From: Candidatus Hydrogenedentota bacterium
GTDB taxonomy: Bacteria > Hydrogenedentota > Hydrogenedentia > Hydrogenedentales > SLHB01
Direction: 5' to 3'
Length of the DNA stretch: 64,000 nt
Assembly (NCBI GenBank): GCA_963745075.1
Contig: CAVUWV010000031.1
Location: 192,001-256,000 of the forward strand
Shown here: positions 61,877 to 64,000 of the stretch, in pieces
Layout of the letters: the number at the start of each line of letters is the position of its first letter
Position numbering within the stretch: the first letter of the stretch is position 1
Notes under the pieces: generated by a model
What the model saw: the letters and a program-made list of their open reading frames with translations, nothing else
What the model was told of the DNA's origin: nothing
Databases searched by the model: none
Position numbers and translations under genes: made by a program

Positions 61877-63831
61877 ATCCAGGCCCTCCTGCTATACACC
61901 CACCATTCCAAGGCCAACACGGCAATCGCTCCGGCCACCAGCCACCGCCACAATTCGCGCGTCTGGCGAACCCGGCCCCGCTCCGCTTCAAAGTCACCGC
62001 CGCCGATGGAAAGGGCGTCGGCCGGCGTTACGGCAGACTCGGTGCGGTCGAGGAGATTTACGGCGTACTCCTCCTTCTCGTCCCCATAGTTAACGGTGTA
62101 GAGGCCCGTGCGTTCCGTTCCGCTGAAGTACGTTCTCCGTAACGGATCCAATGCCACTGTTTCGAGTTCTCCGTCGGGCCGGGTAACCGTCGCGGAATCA
62201 GTATCCGGACGCGAAACAAGGGTAAAGGGCCGTCCTGCGGACACGGAAGTTTCTTCGGCCAGGGCGGTGCGCGGTACCCATGAAAGCAGATTCTGAAAGA
62301 ACAATGGGTACGACAGGTTTAATGGCCAGTCGGAATTCGCGATGTCGAAGGCGATAAGCGCTATGCGTTGCCCGCCTTGCGAGATGTCCGCGATCAGCGG
62401 CGCACCGGCGGTGGAAACGACCGTGCGCGCGCCTTCGGGAAGTGTCACGTTGAGCGCCTGACGAACACCGACGTTGCCGGGATTCAGGTTGAAGCGCATC
62501 AGCGGGTGTTCGGAATCCGTCGCGATGACCGGCGGGTTATCAATCGTTCCGTCCGCGGTCAGTCCCTCCATCTCGGGGAGTGCGTTAATGAAGACCAAGG
62601 TCCCGCCCGGCATCGACTTGGGCGCAAATCCGTAGAAGATGGAGAGGTCGTAGTCGTTGCTTGCGGCGTACTGTTCCGGGGCGATCGTGCTGAGTTCCAC
62701 GCGCGGGTCGGGCGTGAGGACGCGCTGCAAAAAGTACGTACCGGGCGCGTCGGCGTCTGCGACAAGTAACACGCGTATCATGGCGGTAGGCCGCAGGGTC
62801 AGCCAGGCCGAATTGTCTACGGCCAATGCGTCGTCGTGGTCGACTACCGCTTTCAATACGCCGGTGCCCAGCTCGGGGTGGCTAAAGACCAGTTCCCGAT
62901 CCGATTTTGCCGGAATTTCGAGTTCTTCCACTGCCAATACGGCATCGTTGAACGTGAGGGTAACGGTCGTCGCCAACGGCTCGGGCGATTCGTTGTGGAC
63001 CAACACAAAACTCTGCTTCTCGCCGGGCTGCCCTTGTTCCGGCTCCCGAACGCTGAAGGCCACGATGCCCGCGTTGTTCGAGGCCGATCCGACTTCGAGA
63101 TACGTGAGATCGTAGCCGCGCGCGCGGGCCTCGGTGGAGGTGTCGGCGACTTCGCGGACTTCGCCGAAGTTTCGAGGTCCGATTTCATCGAGATCGCCGA
63201 TGCCGCCGTCGCTGATGACGACGGCATGTAGATCGGAAACGGTCAAGCGCAACGAATGGGCGACGAGATACGCGTCGCGCAAGCGCGTACGCGTATCCGA
63301 CGGATCGATGCCGTCAATGGCATTGCGAAGTCGGGCGCGGTCGTCGGTCAGTTCGCAGCGAACATCCGAGTTCTCCGCAAAAGTGATGACCATCATCTTG
63401 TCACCCTTCTGCATTTCGTCCACCATGCGGAGGGCCTCGTCTTTGGCCATGTCGAGCCGGGTGCGGTCGCCTTCGCGCGTTTGCATGCTGGCGGAGCGAT
63501 CGATGAGCAGACACAGGTTGCGCCCGGCCGCGCCTTCTGCGCGGAAGAAGGGCCTCGCCAGCGCCAGGACCGTTAGGAGCAGGATGAGTATCTGAAGCAA
63601 GAGCAACAGGTTTCGGCGCAGTCGCTGAAACGGCGCGTTGGCCGTCAGATCCTGGAGGCTCTTCATCCAAAGCAAGGTGCTGGCGATGACCACGCGCGTG
63701 CGGCGCAGTTTTAAGAGGTACAGGAGAATCACGACCGGGATCAGCCACAGAAAATACAGGAAGGCCGGGGCAAGGAACGCCTGTTGCAGCGTGTTGGCGA
63801 TGTTCTGTGTGAAGCCACCGGTCGGATTCAT
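61873..63831 (-). CDS. BatA-N / vWA domain protein
   Basis: IPVVILLYLLK..., LLALARP, MIDAS DRSAS, VISDG, C-terminal ELW..L...LEW. Confidence 0.9.
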   Translation of the reverse strand: MNPTGGFTQNIANTLQQAFLAPAFLYFLWLIPVVILLYLLKLRRTRVVIASTLLWMKSLQDLTANAPFQRLRRNLLLLLQILILLLTVLALARPFFRAEGAAGRNLCLLIDRSASMQTREGDRTRLDMAKDEALRMVDEMQKGDKMMVITFAENSDVRCELTDDRARLRNAIDGIDPSDTRTRLRDAYLVAHSLRLTVSDLHAVVISDGGIGDLDEIGPRNFGEVREVADTSTEARARGYDLTYLEVGSASNNAGIVAFSVREPEQGQPGEKQSFVLVHNESPEPLATTVTLTFNDAVLAVEELEIPAKSDRELVFSHPELGTGVLKAVVDHDDALAVDNSAWLTLRPTAMIRVLLVADADAPGTYFLQRVLTPDPRVELSTIAPEQYAASNDYDLSIFYGFAPKSMPGGTLVFINALPEMEGLTADGTIDNPPVIATDSEHPLMRFNLNPGNVGVRQALNVTLPEGARTVVSTAGAPLIADISQGGQRIALIAFDIANSDWPLNLSYPLFFQNLLSWVPRTALAEETSVSAGRPFTLVSRPDTDSATVTRPDGELETVALDPLRRTYFSGTERTGLYTVNYGDEKEEYAVNLLDRTESAVTPADALSIGGGDFEAERGRVRQTRELWRWLVAGAIAVLALEWWVYSRRAWI

Positions 63832-64000
63832 CGCAACATACCCCCCGAACGCAACACGTCGAGGGTCAACCGCTCGAAAGGCCCGTCGCTGGGCGCGAAA
63901 ATGTATCCAATGTCGCGCGCGAGACAGTAACGACGGATAGCCTCGCAGAAGCCCGTCAGGTTCTCCTTGTACTTCTTGATCAACGCCGGACTTGCGGATA
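63828..64000 (-). CDS. C-terminal end of a probable DUF58 protein (partial)
   Basis: SASPALIKKYKENLTGFCEAIRRYCLARDIGYIFAPSDGPFERLTLDVLRSGGMLR*; ATGA overlap with the vWA gene; DUF58 usually precedes BatA/vWA genes. Confidence 0.65.
   Translation of the reverse strand, partial: SASPALIKKYKENLTGFCEAIRRYCLARDIGYIFAPSDGPFERLTLDVLRSGGMLR

Overview
GC-rich bacterial chromosomal segment. The gene content (GCP-type lipoproteins, FGE-sulfatase and FG-GAP surface proteins, vWA/DUF58/ABC operon) is reminiscent of Hydrogenedentota/PVC-type genomes; this assignment is tentative. Left to right: comM/yifB and mutM; a ~7 kb accessory island (FGE-sulfatase lipoprotein, 14-repeat FG-GAP surface protein, two paralogous small lipoproteins, IS66 remnant) bracketed by the two halves of a REP-associated tyrosine transposase (RAYT) gene in permuted order; acs; a rhodanese; a strongly base-paired ~400 nt intergenic tract (candidate ncRNA); an endonuclease III-like gene; a long carbohydrate/lipid-modification region (radical SAM/SPASM, rbsK, rpe, CYTH, two tandem ~785-aa degenerate-radical-SAM-like + GT2 fusion proteins, MFS, Gfo/Idh/MocA, stand-alone E2-type acyltransferase, LpxL-family acyltransferase, beta-CASP nuclease, three GT2s, Alg14/Alg13-like pair, DUF2304); cyclase and glgC; a 92-bp duplicated argS 3' end enclosing ~1 kb packed with dispersed repeats; argS, PPIase, two PilC/GspF paralogs, TrmH; a triple YHS-like protein, YkvA, a YncE/phosphoesterase, ferritin, a diguanylate cyclase, an Fe3+-type ABC importer; and a DUF58-vWA-membrane protein-ABC operon with three double-length permeases. 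About ten single-base frameshifts, mostly +1, are spread through unrelated genes and most likely reflect sequence errors. No tRNA, rRNA or CRISPR array was seen.
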